NCBI RefSeq assembly: GCF_001194135.2 | Contig: NC_068994.1 | Span: forward strand, 11,060,183 to 11,098,377 | Direction: 5' to 3' | Length of the DNA: 38,195 nt | Source: Octopus bimaculoides | Taxonomy: Eukaryota | Part shown: positions 1 through 12,008 of the stretch, one piece after another | Position numbering within the stretch: position 1 is the first letter of the stretch | Layout of the letters: every line of letters starts with the position of its first letter | Translations under genes and position numbers: made by a program | Notes under the pieces: model-generated | What the model saw: the letters and a program-made list of their open reading frames with translations, nothing else | Told to the model about the DNA's origin: nothing | The model's database searches: none

Positions 1-530
1 TGGACAAAATAATAGAAACACCTAGCATAATACCATCATAATTTTGAAACTTCTATAAAACCGTCAAAAGCGTATTTACTTTAATGGTTTTTGATTTATT
101 ATTAGTGTTGCTTAATATGTTTTTCTAAAATTGCTGTTTCTTTTCCGATATCACCAGAAAAAGGTAAATTCAATAAAATGACAGGTCTATCATACTTTCA
201 AAGCGGTGAAATTATTGGTGTTCGGATGGCAGGCGCTAGCATAACGTAAACAGCCGAAATGTTTGGTGTATCAAGAAGTATACATACAACCTTGGAGAAA
301 GAGGGAAAAACCTCCTCATCGAAACAAAACTCCGGAAAAAAACCAAAACTTTCGGATAGGGGCCGTCGGACTCTTACGCGAATTGTTAGAAAGGATCACA
401 AAAATTACAGCTCCCAAAATTACTGCAGAGCTTAATGACCACCTCTAGAACCCAGTTTCTACAAAAACTGTTCACCGGGGGCTTCACAACGCCGGATTTC
501 ACGGGAGGGCTGCAATCAGAAAACCACTGT
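1..530 (+). mobile_element. Tc1-family DNA transposon, 5' part with pseudogenised transposase N-terminus (paired-like HTH region)
   Basis: From ATG 178: MTGLSYFQSGEIIGVRMAGASIT*TAEMFGVSRS...EKEGKTSSSKQNSGKKPKLSDRGRRTLTRIVRKDHK, then a frameshift to TAPKITAELNDHL*NPVSTKTVHRGLHNAGFHGRAAIRKPL. This is a typical Tc1 DNA-binding region ending in RKP, with two stops and one frameshift. Bases 1-120 match the left-end copy at 3837-3965. Confidence 0.9.
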
Positions 531-690
531 TTTGTGATGCACGTGCCTGGTGTACCCTAATCAGACGTATAGTCATGATGGGTATACTGGGCTTCGTATA
601 TTTTACCCCAGTGTCACTTTGATGGCATGCACTGCACACGCACTCAATGATAACAATTACTATTATTTAATAATAATAATTATTATATCA
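531..690 (+). mobile_element. 5'-truncated copy of an (AAT)n-tailed retroposon that truncates the Tc1 relic
   Basis: Reverse complement aligns with about 32845-32970 (gcatgccatca.agtgacact ... gggtacaccaggcac.tgcatcacaa). Followed by a decayed AAT-rich tail. Confidence 0.7.
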
Positions 691-879
691 ACAACAATTC
701 TTTAGATGAATAAAATATTATTATATAATGGTGGTTATCGTTTTTATAGTAAATTTAACGAAGGAGACAGAGAAAAGGAGAAAGAGACAAGCACAGACAG
801 ACACAGACAGAGGAGGAAAGAGAGAAAGAGAGAAATAAGGAGAGCGGGAAGAAAGAGAAGGAATAAAAGAAATGGAGAA

Positions 880-1045
880 TGTAGCAGGAAGCTGTACAGG
901 TAGTTTCAAAAGATCACAGGCTCCAATCCTCTTCCGGAAAGTGTTGTGCAATGGCAGCGTAAAATCTAACTTCTTGGCCTTGCGTTTGACTTGGAAGATC
1001 CGAATGTATCTTGTATTGGATATTGCTAGCAGGGAAGAGGGCTGT
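880..1045 (-). mobile_element. Probable decayed RTE-like LINE ORF2 C-terminal fragment (alternative: terminal exon)
   Basis: Minus strand gives IHSDLP...VRF, then CHC in a shifted frame, HFPEE and CDLL, resembling the RTE pattern LYGxLP...RRxRFAGHC.RHPEE..SDLLLW. Alignment by eye only. Confidence 0.35.
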
Positions 1046-1059
1046 TTAAACACACATTC

Positions 1060-1167
1060 ATGTGTGTATGTATGTTTCTATTTATGTATATGTATGTATG
1101 TATGTATGTATTATATTATGTGTATGTAACTATGCCTACTGTATATATATATGTATATATATATATG

Positions 1168-1234
<67 letters not shown>

Positions 1235-1325
1235 GGGCGTATGTAAAGAGGGGAGAGTTGTGGTGGCGTGCACGTACGCGTGTGTGTATGTGTGTATTTG
1301 CGTGTGTGTCGTGGGGTATGAGTGT
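1060..1325. repeat. Compound (TATG)n/(TA)n/(TG)n microsatellite
   Basis: Directly visible; includes a pure (TA)n run of about 60 bp. Confidence 0.95.
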
Positions 1326-1796
1326 GTGTGTGTTTTTGTACGTATGTCATTATGCACGCTACTTAAACTTCGCATTTCAGAAACGATTCTGCCTGAGTTG
1401 AAAAATCAGATAATTTGTGTTTCTTCAGCGCCACTCGATAGCGCAAAGGTCTGTGGTCTGGTTGCACTTTCGAGAAAAATGCATCTCAATAGAATTAGGC
1501 CTTTGTAGAAAGTGTTGTTTACATCTTAGAATATCAATTGTTACACAGAAAATGCTCACAGAAAAGGCTTTATGAACATCATCATTAGTTTCAGCCTAAA
1601 AATAACTACCACTTGTAACCTTATTATCGTAAACATATTAAACATTGTCCTTAACATAAGCACGGATCTGTATGTAGCATGACTCGATTATCGCCCTTCT
1701 CACTTTCTCCTTTTTCTTCTTACTTTTATTTTATTTACTTTTCCGCTCTGATGAAGTTCCGTGATTCAAATTTGTATAACTAATTACTTACAATGA

Positions 1797-1800
1797 TAAC

Positions 1801-1874
<74 letters not shown>
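1797..1874. repeat. (ATT)n microsatellite
   Basis: Pure ATT run; explains the poly-N ORF 1784-1972. Confidence 0.97.
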
Positions 1875-1875
<1 letters not shown>

Positions 1876-2749
1876 GTTGGTTGAACCTGGGAATCACACT
1901 ATCGGAAACAGCTGTAAGTTGAGATTCTGTCTTTTTGTAATTAATTGATAAATGATGATTGATGTAAATCAATTCTTATTCATCAATTGTACCTCTATTT
2001 TCTGCTTTCCATGTATATATATATATANNNNNNNNNNNNNNNNNNNNNNNNNNNNNNNNNNNNNNNNNNNNNNNNNNNNNNNNNNNNNNNNNNNNNNNNN
2101 NNNNNNNNNNNNNNNNNNNNNNNNNNNNNNNNNNNNNNNNNNNNNNNNNNNNNNNNNNNNNNNNNNNNNNNNNNNNNNNNNNNNNNNNNNNNNNNNNNNN
2201 NNNNNNNNTATATACATACACACACACACACATATTATTTATTTATATACACATTTATACATGAATATATATACATACATATATACACATATATACAAAT
2301 ATATATATTTCCATATACAAACATACATATGTACATACCTACCTACCTACCTACATACATACATACATACATACATACATACATACATGCAAACTATGTC
2401 ATATATGTCAATAGTAACACGTGTTTTTATGGCGCAAGCGACGTAGTTTGCGAACGAAATTTTGCAATATTTTTTTTATAGAAAGCTTATAAATATAAGC
2501 CTATAAATAAAAGCTAATGAAAATGCAGTCCCCTAAAAGCCAAATCATCCTTTTTTCAATTCCCTTTGTTTTTTTCGCTACGTTATTTCTTCCGTATTTT
2601 TCTCCTGATAAAGAATTTACAGCCGAAACGTCAAGACATTTTCATTTAATTCTATTTCACTCTCCACTGATAGTAAGTTCTAGTTTACGTATAATGACAA
2701 CAAATTGGGAAAGGCGTTATTTCATTAAATCTCCAGTAGTACTACGATA

Positions 2750-2875
2750 CTTCTCCATTTTACTGAGCGTGGAGAGATTAAGATCAAAACTCAAGCCATC
2801 TGTGTTTGAACACAGAACGTTGAGAGCCGAAGCAAATACAGCAAAAGTATTATATTCGACCGTCTAGCGGCGCTC
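2750..2875 (-). mobile_element. Degenerate SINE family B fragment
   Basis: tttgaacacagaacgt...gaagcaaatacagcaaaagtatt resembles the reverse complement of the family B 5' part (compare 19715-19790). Confidence 0.45.
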
Positions 2876-3836
2876 CGAGTGCAACACTCATAGCTTAGAA
2901 TTAATACTAATATACTAAGAAAACTTGTATTTTCGTGTTGTCGATGTGAGGGTCTTATCTAAATGTAAAATACACTCACGCACACATACACATGTATGTA
3001 TGTATATGCATTTATNNNNNNNNNNNNNNNNNNNNNNNNNNNNNNNNNNNNNNNNNNNNNNNNNNNNNNNNNNNNNNNNNNNNNNNNNNNNNNNNNNNNN
3101 NNNNNNNNNNNNNNNNNNNNNNNNNNNNNNNNNNNNNNNNNNNNNNNNNNNNNNNNNNNNNNNNNNNNNNNNNNNNNNNNNNNNNNNNNNNNNNNNNNNN
3201 NNNNNNNNNNNNNNNNNNNNNNNNNNNNNNNNNNNNNNNNNNNNNNNNNNNNNNNNNNNNNNNNNNNNNNNNNNNNNNNNNNNNNNNNNNNNNNNNNNNN
3301 NNNNNNNNNNNNNNNNNNNNNNNNNNNNNNNNNNNNNNNNNNNNNNNNNNNNNNNNNNNNNNNNNNNNNNNNNNNTGTGTATATGTATATAATATATATG
3401 TATATATATAATATGTATATATATATATGTGTATATGTATATAATATATATGTATATATATAAATATATGTGTGTGAATGTGTATATAAATTCAATCCAC
3501 AGTATATGGATTCAATTAATCCGTTAATACTCATAACAAAAGCGCCTTAATGTATCATTCTACAAAACATATAGAATATATAGTACAAGAGCACGCGATA
3601 AGGAGTGTATAAATTCATAAATGACAGAGAAATAGTGTCTTGAAATTTTACTTACCAATAAGAAAATTCTAACATCACGACAAATTGTTTCGTAACTTAA
3701 AAGCATGTAAATATTTTATATTATTATATTCAATAATAAATCAGTTAATTATATTCTGCATTAATGCAAAATGGAAGAAAATCATTCAAAATAGTGCAAG
3801 TTTAAGAAAATTTCATAAAAATATATCTGTAATATA

Positions 3837-3965
3837 CAGGAATTGGACAAAATAATTTAAATACCTAGCATCATAGCATCATAATTTTGAAATATCTATA
3901 AAACCGTCAAAAGCTTGTTTATTTTTATGTTTTTTGATTTATTATTAGTGTTGCTTAATATGTTA
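3837..3965 (+). mobile_element. Tc1 left end (TA + CAGG TIR start), same family as 1-530
   Basis: TA|CAGGAATTGGACAAAATAAT...cctagcat...catcataattttgaaa...tataaaaccgtcaaaagc...ttttgatttattattagtgttgcttaatatgtt aligns with 1-121. Confidence 0.85.
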
Positions 3966-4019
3966 ATATGGTTGTCCAATCGTTATTGTACCATCTACTT
4001 TCATATATTGGTTTCAAAT

Positions 4020-4190
4020 TTTTATACAAGGCCAGCAATATCGGGGAGAGGGTAAATCGCTTACATCGACTCCAGTGTTTAACTGGTATTTATTTTATCG
4101 ATTCCGAAAGGATGAAAGGCAAACTCAACCAAGGTGGTATTTACATTCAGAACGTGAAGATGAGTTAACGATTCTCCCAGCACACCCACT
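4020..4190 (-). mobile_element. SINE family B copy
   Basis: caaggccagcaat...aactggtatttattttatcgattccgaaaggatgaaaggc...cagaacgt matches the reverse complement of 32597-32800. Confidence 0.75.
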
Positions 4191-4559
4191 TAGTCTACCT
4201 ACCTATATTACATGTTCTTACTAAGTTTTCTTTTGGTTTGCTTATTTATTTTCATTTGTTCTTTCATTTTTATTGTTTGGAGGTCTTTTGTAGTAGTTGG
4301 GTGTGTGTTGATATGAGTTATTGAATTCTTTTCCATTTATAATAACGTTAACATAGGGAAAAACATGAATTGTCGCCCTGTAATAATTTTTTTAGATTTG
4401 ACATGTAAATTAATATGGAAGGAGTTAACGTTCTTTATGTTGTTGTTATTGAATTCTGTCGTTTTCCTAAAACGTATTTTATTTTTTATTTTTTCTGATC
4501 CTGCTCCGTAATTTTGTTCGTAACCATAGAGTTTTGATTCTAGTATTTTATTTGATTTG

Positions 4560-5260
4560 TGTCTCTAGATTTTTTTCCATGTATCTAATAGTTTTTTCAC
4601 ATACTTCTCCGTTCGTTCGTTCGGCAGTTTCTTTCTGCAATATGGCGTCTCATTTTACAAATTTCTCTTCAAATCGTGACGTGCGAAGGCTTAAAATGTT
4701 GATATCTGTTGATATCTGCTTGTTCATTTAGCTCCGATCTGATAACCTTGATATGGAATTTACTCAGAAAAATGACTGGTTCTTCAGTTTTGTTTCCATT
4801 TTACGTATTGTCTGCCAATTTCTCCTCTCTAATTACCTTCCAAATACTCCTGCATATGCTGATTTAATAAACTATTCCATATCTTCTTCATCTGGTTCCT
4901 CTTCCTGTACGCTTCATTTTCGAAATGAATTTCATTCAATTCCTGAAAGATATCGTACGTACTGGAATTTCTTGTTGTTATTGGTTCCACGTAGGTAGTA
5001 TTTGGAGTTTTGTAGCGTTTGTACAATGTTTTAATGTCAACAAAGTCTACTTTTCCTACGGATGTGTTCTTGTAATTCTCCAAATACTGACATGAGTCAT
5101 GTTTTTCTTCTCTTTGGTAGGAGCATCATTTTTTTTTTGCTTTTTTTTTTCCTGAAATTTTCTCAACATTCTCTTACTTACGTTTAGATTCGCAGCTGAT
5201 TTTTATCTTGTCTATGTCATTTTTGTCTTCTGTCAGTTGTTTAAGCATTTAAATATTTAA
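4560..5260 (-). pseudogene. Decayed A-rich ORF, possibly non-LTR retrotransposon ORF1 (gag-like)
   Basis: Open stretch YLENYKNT...EAYRKRNQMKKIWNSLLNQHMQEYLEG (4829-5083), then further broken frames including VTI*REICKMRRHIAERNC, which resembles an eroded Cx2Cx4Hx4C knuckle. Strong purine bias on the minus strand. Confidence 0.3.
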
Positions 5261-5978
5261 ACGTTTTTGTCAAAAAAATTTCATATAGTCACAATATTTA
5301 AAGAACGATTTTCGTAAAAGTTATTAATTATCTAAAAAATATATATCTTTTCAAAAACTGCGTGTCACGCATCTTTTCGAGAGGCGTTTTCGTATTGTAA
5401 ATATGTGAGTAAACGCTTTCGTTATTCGTATTCAACTTCTCAATCACTTGTTCGAGGTAAGTGCATAAACAGCAAATTAAAGATTAATCTCTGAGGAATT
5501 TTCTATGTAGTAAGCATTTAGATATTTGTGCAAATAAAAGACAAAATGATCAACTATGAAAGGCAAAAGAGTAATACATCATATGAATTCTAAATCCGAA
5601 ACTAAACCGGAAATAGTCAACATCATTATTAAAAAGAACTTCCTCTACACGGATTAACTGTGTTTGAAAAACTCATCACCGAAAGTTCTCACACAAAAAA
5701 TACAATATGAAAATTATGTTCCCACTGGTTCTTTACGTTTTCTTTTATACAATTTTAAAAAATAGTTAATAATTTTAAGTAACAAATATTGTTACTGTCT
5801 CCAGTATTTTTTGATGGTGCTGTTGCTGGTGTTGTTGGTGGTGTTAGGGACGGTAGTCTTCATGGTCCTGTTGCTTGGGCAGTCTGGTTAAAAAAAAAAA
5901 AGCCATTTTAAAAAACAGTCAATAAACTGTTAAGAAAATCTTTCTTTAAATATTGTGGCTGACTCAAGTAATTTTTGC

Positions 5979-6021
<43 letters not shown>

Positions 6022-6885
6022 TACATAAATGTATACACACGCACACACGCATATATATATATACACACATAAATATACACTCACACACGCATGTGTGTGT
6101 GTGTGTGTGCGCGCGTGCTTAGATTGTTTGAAGTGGTGTACAGATTTTATATATTGACAAAGAGGAAGTAGTCAGAATTTTGGGTAATTATTTATTTAGC
6201 GCCTTCATCTCTTCTGAGAGATTCATAATGAATGATTTATTTACTGAAAATTCTTGCCTTTTATATATATGTGAGTTAGTTGGAAAAAAATCTGGAATAG
6301 AGACGGAATGAGAATGTTCTTTGTTATTTTAGATCTATATCTGTGTGTATATTTGTGTGTGTGTGTATGTATGCGTGTGTGTGTGTATGTGTATGTATGT
6401 GTGTGTGCGTGAGCTTGTGTGAGTATTTATGTGTATGTGGTGAATTTATGAAGGCTTTTTGTAGACAGAAAGAAGAAAAAAGAAAAGAGAAAGAAAGAAA
6501 GAAAACAAGAAAGGAAATGTAAGAAAGGAAGGAGAAGAAAGAAAGAAAGGAAAAGAAAGAAATGACTGAAATTGATGACAGCTCAAAAAATTAACATTCT
6601 TTTAACCATTGTATTTAGGGTCAGTTGTCATTTTATCCAGCTGTAGTAAATGGAATGTATCAAATTGTTTTGAAAAGGTTTGAAATGTGTTTTTAAGTAT
6701 ATAAGAGACTATCAGTTGTGTGATTGTTGCTGAAGTGAATTTTTCCAGTTGTTTTAATTGCAATTATGAGAACAATATTTGTAATTATATCCAGTGGTAA
6801 TCTGATTCGGTTTATCTGGGCATTAATTTTTTTTATAACGATTTCGTATATGTTTATACATATATATCTTTTTTATTTTTTATAC

Positions 6886-7183
6886 GTTTAATTTAGGTAA
6901 CAATTTTGTGACAAAAAGTAGTTTCATTGCCTTCTGGTACTTCGGGTCATCCCTTAGCATTTGTAGAAAGGATAAATGTTGAATGTACAGTTTCCAGATG
7001 CTTACTCAACAGAATATTGCCTAAGTTCTTTTGTCTGATGTGTTGTCTGTGGATTCTTACACGTTGGCAAAGGGAATAGGAAAATCAGTATATGAGATTC
7101 TGTGCCCTGCAGTTCATATCTGCGTTTACTTGGAAAGAGAATCCACTTTTAGATTTACTATAAGAACCAGTTCCCAAATAGTG
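6886..7183 (-). mobile_element. Penelope-like element GIY-YIG endonuclease relic (C-terminus of the PLE ORF)
   Basis: GFSFQVNADMNCRAQNLIY*...QRVRIHRQHI...TFNIYPFYK...PKLN follows the usual PLE endonuclease motif order (C..NLIY, R..H..HI, I.PFYK, P.LN). The YIG segment is deleted and frames are broken. Confidence 0.8.
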
Positions 7184-7530
7184 TCTTCTACTATAGCCTC
7201 GGGCCGACCAAAGCCTTGTGAGTGGATTTGGTAGACGGAAACTGAAAGAAGCCCGTTGTATATATGTATATATGTATATATATATATATGTATGTGTGTG
7301 TATGCGCTTGTGTGTCTGTGTTTGTCCCCCCTCCCAACATCGCTTCACAACCGATGCTGGTGTCTTTACGTCCCCGTAACTTAGCAGTTCGGCAAAAGAG
7401 AGCGATAGAATAAGTACTAGGCTTCGAAAGAATAAGTCCTGGAGTCGATTTGCTCGACTAGAGGCGGTGCTCCAGTATGGCCGCAGTCAAATGACTGAAG
7501 CAAGTAAAAGAGTAAAAGTGTAAAAGAGTA
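7181..7530 (+). mobile_element. SINE family A, 5'-truncated
   Basis: gtgtcttctactatagcctcgggccgaccaaagccttgtgagtggatttggtagacggaaactgaaagaagcccgt ... (AGTAAAAG)-like tail. Aligns with 22797-23235 and 32370-32505. Confidence 0.92.
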
Positions 7531-9225
7531 TGTCTCTCTTTTCCTATTGTATAGTTACACCATTTTCATATTAATACCATCAAATGTGGGATTTATGTAT
7601 GCCTTCACGAAGCTTGATGGAATAACCATTCTGTTTCTTTTACATATTCTTGAGACCTAATTATATTTTTTGAATGGCGTAGAGAACGTATCCACGATTG
7701 TTTGTATATACAGTGAGTGTGAGCGAGTAACGCGCCGTCATTAATAAACTTCTGGATTCATTGACGTGTAGAGTCAATGACATTGATATACAGATGGCCT
7801 ATAGCTTTGGTACACAGTTTATCATCGAACTGCTGATTTTGCCAGTGTAATATCAGATTAATATTCATGCGCTATGCAAAAATTAGTTTAGAGTAGCGTT
7901 ATTATTAGAACTGCATATAGGACACTGTCTGAAAGATTTATGCGAGAGATATGATGTAATCCGATAATATTGAGAGTAAAAAAATCTTGCAATAAAATAC
8001 TGAATATACATATATATACACACATACATGCATGCATGCATGCATGCACACGTACATACGAAAATACAAACATACAAAAACATACACACACACATACATA
8101 CATATTTGTATGTATACATATATATATATATACGTATATATATATACATATATATATATGTATATGCATANNNNNNNNNNNNNNNNNNNNNNNNNNNNNN
8201 NNNNNNNNNNNNNNNNNNNNNNNNNNNNNNNNNNNNNNNNNNNNNNNNNNNNNNNNNNNNNNNNNNNNNNNNNNNNNNNNNNNNNNNNNNNNNNNNNNNN
8301 NNNNNNNNNNNNNNNNNNNNNNNNNNNNNNNNNNNNNNNNNNNNNNNNNNNNNNNNNNNNNNNNNNNNNNNNNNNNNNNNNNNNNNNNNNNNNNNNNNNN
8401 NNNNNNNNNNNNNNNNNNNNNNNNNNNNNNNNNNNNNNNNNNNNNNNNNNNNNNNNNNNNNNNNNNNNNNNNNNNNNNNNNNNNNNNNNNNNNNNNNNNN
8501 NNNNNNNNNNNNNNNNNNNNNNNNNNNNNNNNNNNNNNNNNNNNNNNNNNNNNNNNNNNNNNNNNNNNNNNNNNNNNNNNNNNNNNNNNNNNNNNNNNNN
8601 NNNNNNNNNNNNNNNNNNNNNNNNNNNNNNNNNNNNNNNNNNNNNNNNNNNNNNNNNNNNNNNNNNNNNNNNNNNNNNNNNNNNNNNNNNNNNNNNNNNN
8701 NNNNNNNNNNNNNNNNNNNNNNNNNNNNNNNNNNNNNTATATATATATATACATATATACGTGTTCACAGAGAACAAAGCTAGAGGATTTATTCCTGAAT
8801 TTCTAAGTTACGTCATTTTACGTGTATTTCATTAGCAATGAAAACTATTCGTTATATAAGGCAAGTTTATAGAATGATTACTTTCTCAAATCTTCACAAA
8901 TGTGTAACAAGTGAAGGATAAAAGATATACCTTAATGTTGAAATGAAATCCTCACGTTTCCTAGCTAGGTGATCTCCACAACTGTATATAAATATAATGA
9001 ATGTAGGATTATGTATCAAAAGTGCTGTATCAGACTCGCAGTATTGAGTGCTTCAACCCACTGATCTATCCAAAGAGATGGCAGAAGATACGTACCTGAC
9101 GCACTGTGCATTAGGATACATATGCGTGTATACATATATGGCTGAGTAGACAAACGAAAGAAGGTGGTACTCAACTGCTTTAGTAAGCAGTAAGAGTTAT
9201 ATATATATATATATATAGTAAGAGT

Positions 9226-9293
<68 letters not shown>

Positions 9294-10311
9294 AATAGCA
9301 GTTTGACTCAACACTATGTAGCTTATAATTTCGTTGGTTTGTATAAAGACTCTCAGAATACCGTGCCACAACTTCCAGACCGACCACAGCTATCGATCAA
9401 CATCATGTTGGAACACGTGAGCCGAAGAATAAAGAAAGAACTGTTGTCGCTTCCAGACCAACAACAACAACACGTGACATAAGTTGAGCATTGGACGGCC
9501 TAACATTTAGGAGCCATCTTGAACGTGCTTCATATGTCGTTTACTCTGCTTTAGATGCCTGACGAGATAGGTTCGATCAACGACCCAACGAAATTTTAAG
9601 TTGCATAGAACTGAGTCAAATTATTATCAAATTGTATATGCATACACATATATCTACTTACACATATATACAAAACCTTACAACCCACCACATCACATAA
9701 CACCACCCACTAGATGCTTATATACACCCCCTCCACCTCAGAAAGTTGTAAATTTGCCAAACTGTCAGATTCATGGTTGCACATTCAACGTGGAATGTCT
9801 AATAATCGATGGTGGTCATTTGTATTCAACTCTCCTTCTCTCCCGCTTTCTCTCTCTCTCCTTATATATGTGTGTGTGTTTGTGTTACATGTATGCGTGT
9901 GCACGCGTGTGCGTGTGTATGCGCGTACAAATATATATACATGTATATGTACGTATATATGTACAAATACATACATGCGCATACACAAAGGCACGCAAAC
10001 ACAAGCACACACACACATATGTCTATATTCAGGAAGCAGTATGATAAACACTATAAACTGCATCTTGTGTTTATCATGCTTTTGCTAATGTTTCTTTTTT
10101 CTCTTTACTAAGTACAGTAATAATCACATCAGTTTACTAGAAGTAGACTCAGTGACGATACTCTAATGGGGAGCCCTACTATCCCCAGTGGCAGTCGTAC
10201 ATCTAACGGTACACGCATAAAATGCCACATACAGGCACGCATACATACGTTCATACATACACGCGCTCTCATACGCACTCTCTCACACGTTTATATATAC
10301 ATATATATATA

Positions 10312-10878
10312 CACTTTACTCTTTTACTTGTTTCAGTCATTTGACTGTGGCCATACTGGATACTGCCTGTGGTCGAGCAAATCGACCCCAGGTCTTATTC
10401 TTTGTGAGCCTAGTACTTATTCTATCCGTCACTTTTTGCCGAACCGCTAAGTTATGGGGACGTAAGCACACCAGCATCGATTGTCAAGCGATGTTGGGTG
10501 GGGGACAAACACACACACACAAACATATACACACTCATACATATATATATACATTCATATATACGACGGGCTTCTTTCAGTTGTAAGAATGGGGAGGTTA
10601 AATGTAAATTTAAGTCATCCATACCTGTTAACGGTTATTTTAAATACTTTTCTCACTGGATTGCGTGTTCGTTTCTCTCTTTGCCATCTGTGATTTTATT
10701 TTTGTTTTTCTATATAAATGAAGACGGGCTTCTTTCAGTTTCCGTCTACCAAATCCACTCACAAGGCTTTGGTCAGCCCGAGGCTATAGTAGAAGACACT
10801 TGCCCAATGTGCCACGCAGTGGGACTGAACTCGGAACCGTGTGGTTGGTAAGCAAGCTACTTACCACACAGCCACTCC
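10312..10878 (-). mobile_element. SINE family A, near full length, split by a 140-bp insertion
   Basis: 3' half 10312-10582 and 5' half 10723-10878 both match family A; an 18-bp sequence is duplicated at the junction. Confidence 0.88.
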
Positions 10879-11017
10879 ATGCATATAGTTAATATATATA
10901 TATATCTATATAGGCATATTATATATATACAACCACACTGTATATATTACATATATTTATATTTACAATATATATGTGTATACACACCTGTATATACTTT
11001 CATATACACGTGCCTAA

Positions 11018-11408
11018 GTGGAGGCGCAATGGTCCAGTGGTTAGGGCAGCGGACTCGCGGTAATAGGATCGCGGTTTCAATTCCCAGACCCGGCGTTGTG
11101 AGTGTTTATTGAGCGGAAACACCTAAAGCTCCACGAGGCTCCGGCAGGGGATGGTGGCGAACCCTGCTGTACTCTTTCACCACAACTTTCTCTCACTCTT
11201 ACTTCCTGTTTCTGTTGTGCCTGTAATTCAAAGGGTCAGCCTTGTCACACTGTGTCACGCTGAATATCCCCCGAGAACTACGTTAAGGGTACAAATGTCT
11301 GTGGAGTGCTCAGCCACTTGCAGGTTAATTTCACGAGCAGGCTGTTCCATTGATCGGATCAACTGGAGCCCTCGACGTCGTAAGCGACGGAGTGCCAACA
11401 ACAACAAC
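11018..11408 (+). mobile_element. tRNA-derived SINE family C, full length with TSD
   Basis: A-box-like TGGTCCAGTGGT, B-box-like GGTTTCAATTCC, (AAC)n tail, and a 14-bp TSD atacacgtgcctaa at 11004-11017 and 11409-11422. Confidence 0.92.
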
Positions 11409-11949
11409 ATACACGTGCCTAATGATATTTCACTGTACTGTGGCTATATTCAGTAAAATGTTTCTATTATATAAAAGTCAACTCCATGCCATAATACTAA
11501 ATCTTCATCTCACACTCTGATATGCTTCTGTAAGTGTGAACAATAGTAATATACGTAGCTATAATAACATGCCATAGACATTTACGTAACAGTGCGATAT
11601 TACAGACTATAGTTACATTACAATGTTATAGCATTGAATACAGTCTTAATTGTATGATATCACGGAATGCATACACACGCACACACACACACATAACGAT
11701 GTAATATCATTGATCATATATCCTGAGAATGTGATTGTTAGCAAAACATATACACGTATGCATACGAATGTACATCCATGCAAGCATACATACAAATATG
11801 TATATGTATATATGTGTATGTACGTGGATGCGTACATATACACTCACACGCTCATATACACATCTAGGCAAATATATCTAAATGTTTTTTTTAAATATTA
11901 AAAAAAATTATATATACATGTTTATATATATATGTTTATATATATACAT

Positions 11950-12008
<59 letters not shown>

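Noticed and set aside
1381-1508. Exon-like frames (plus ETILPELKNQ..., minus DAFFSKVQPDHRPLRYRV...)
   Set aside because: No homologue recognised. PDHRP may be an eroded LINE endonuclease SDH motif; too weak to call either way.
3615-3697. 40-nt minus-strand exon candidate ending TTG|gtaagt
   Set aside because: Donor hexamer is expected by chance several times per strand; no other support.
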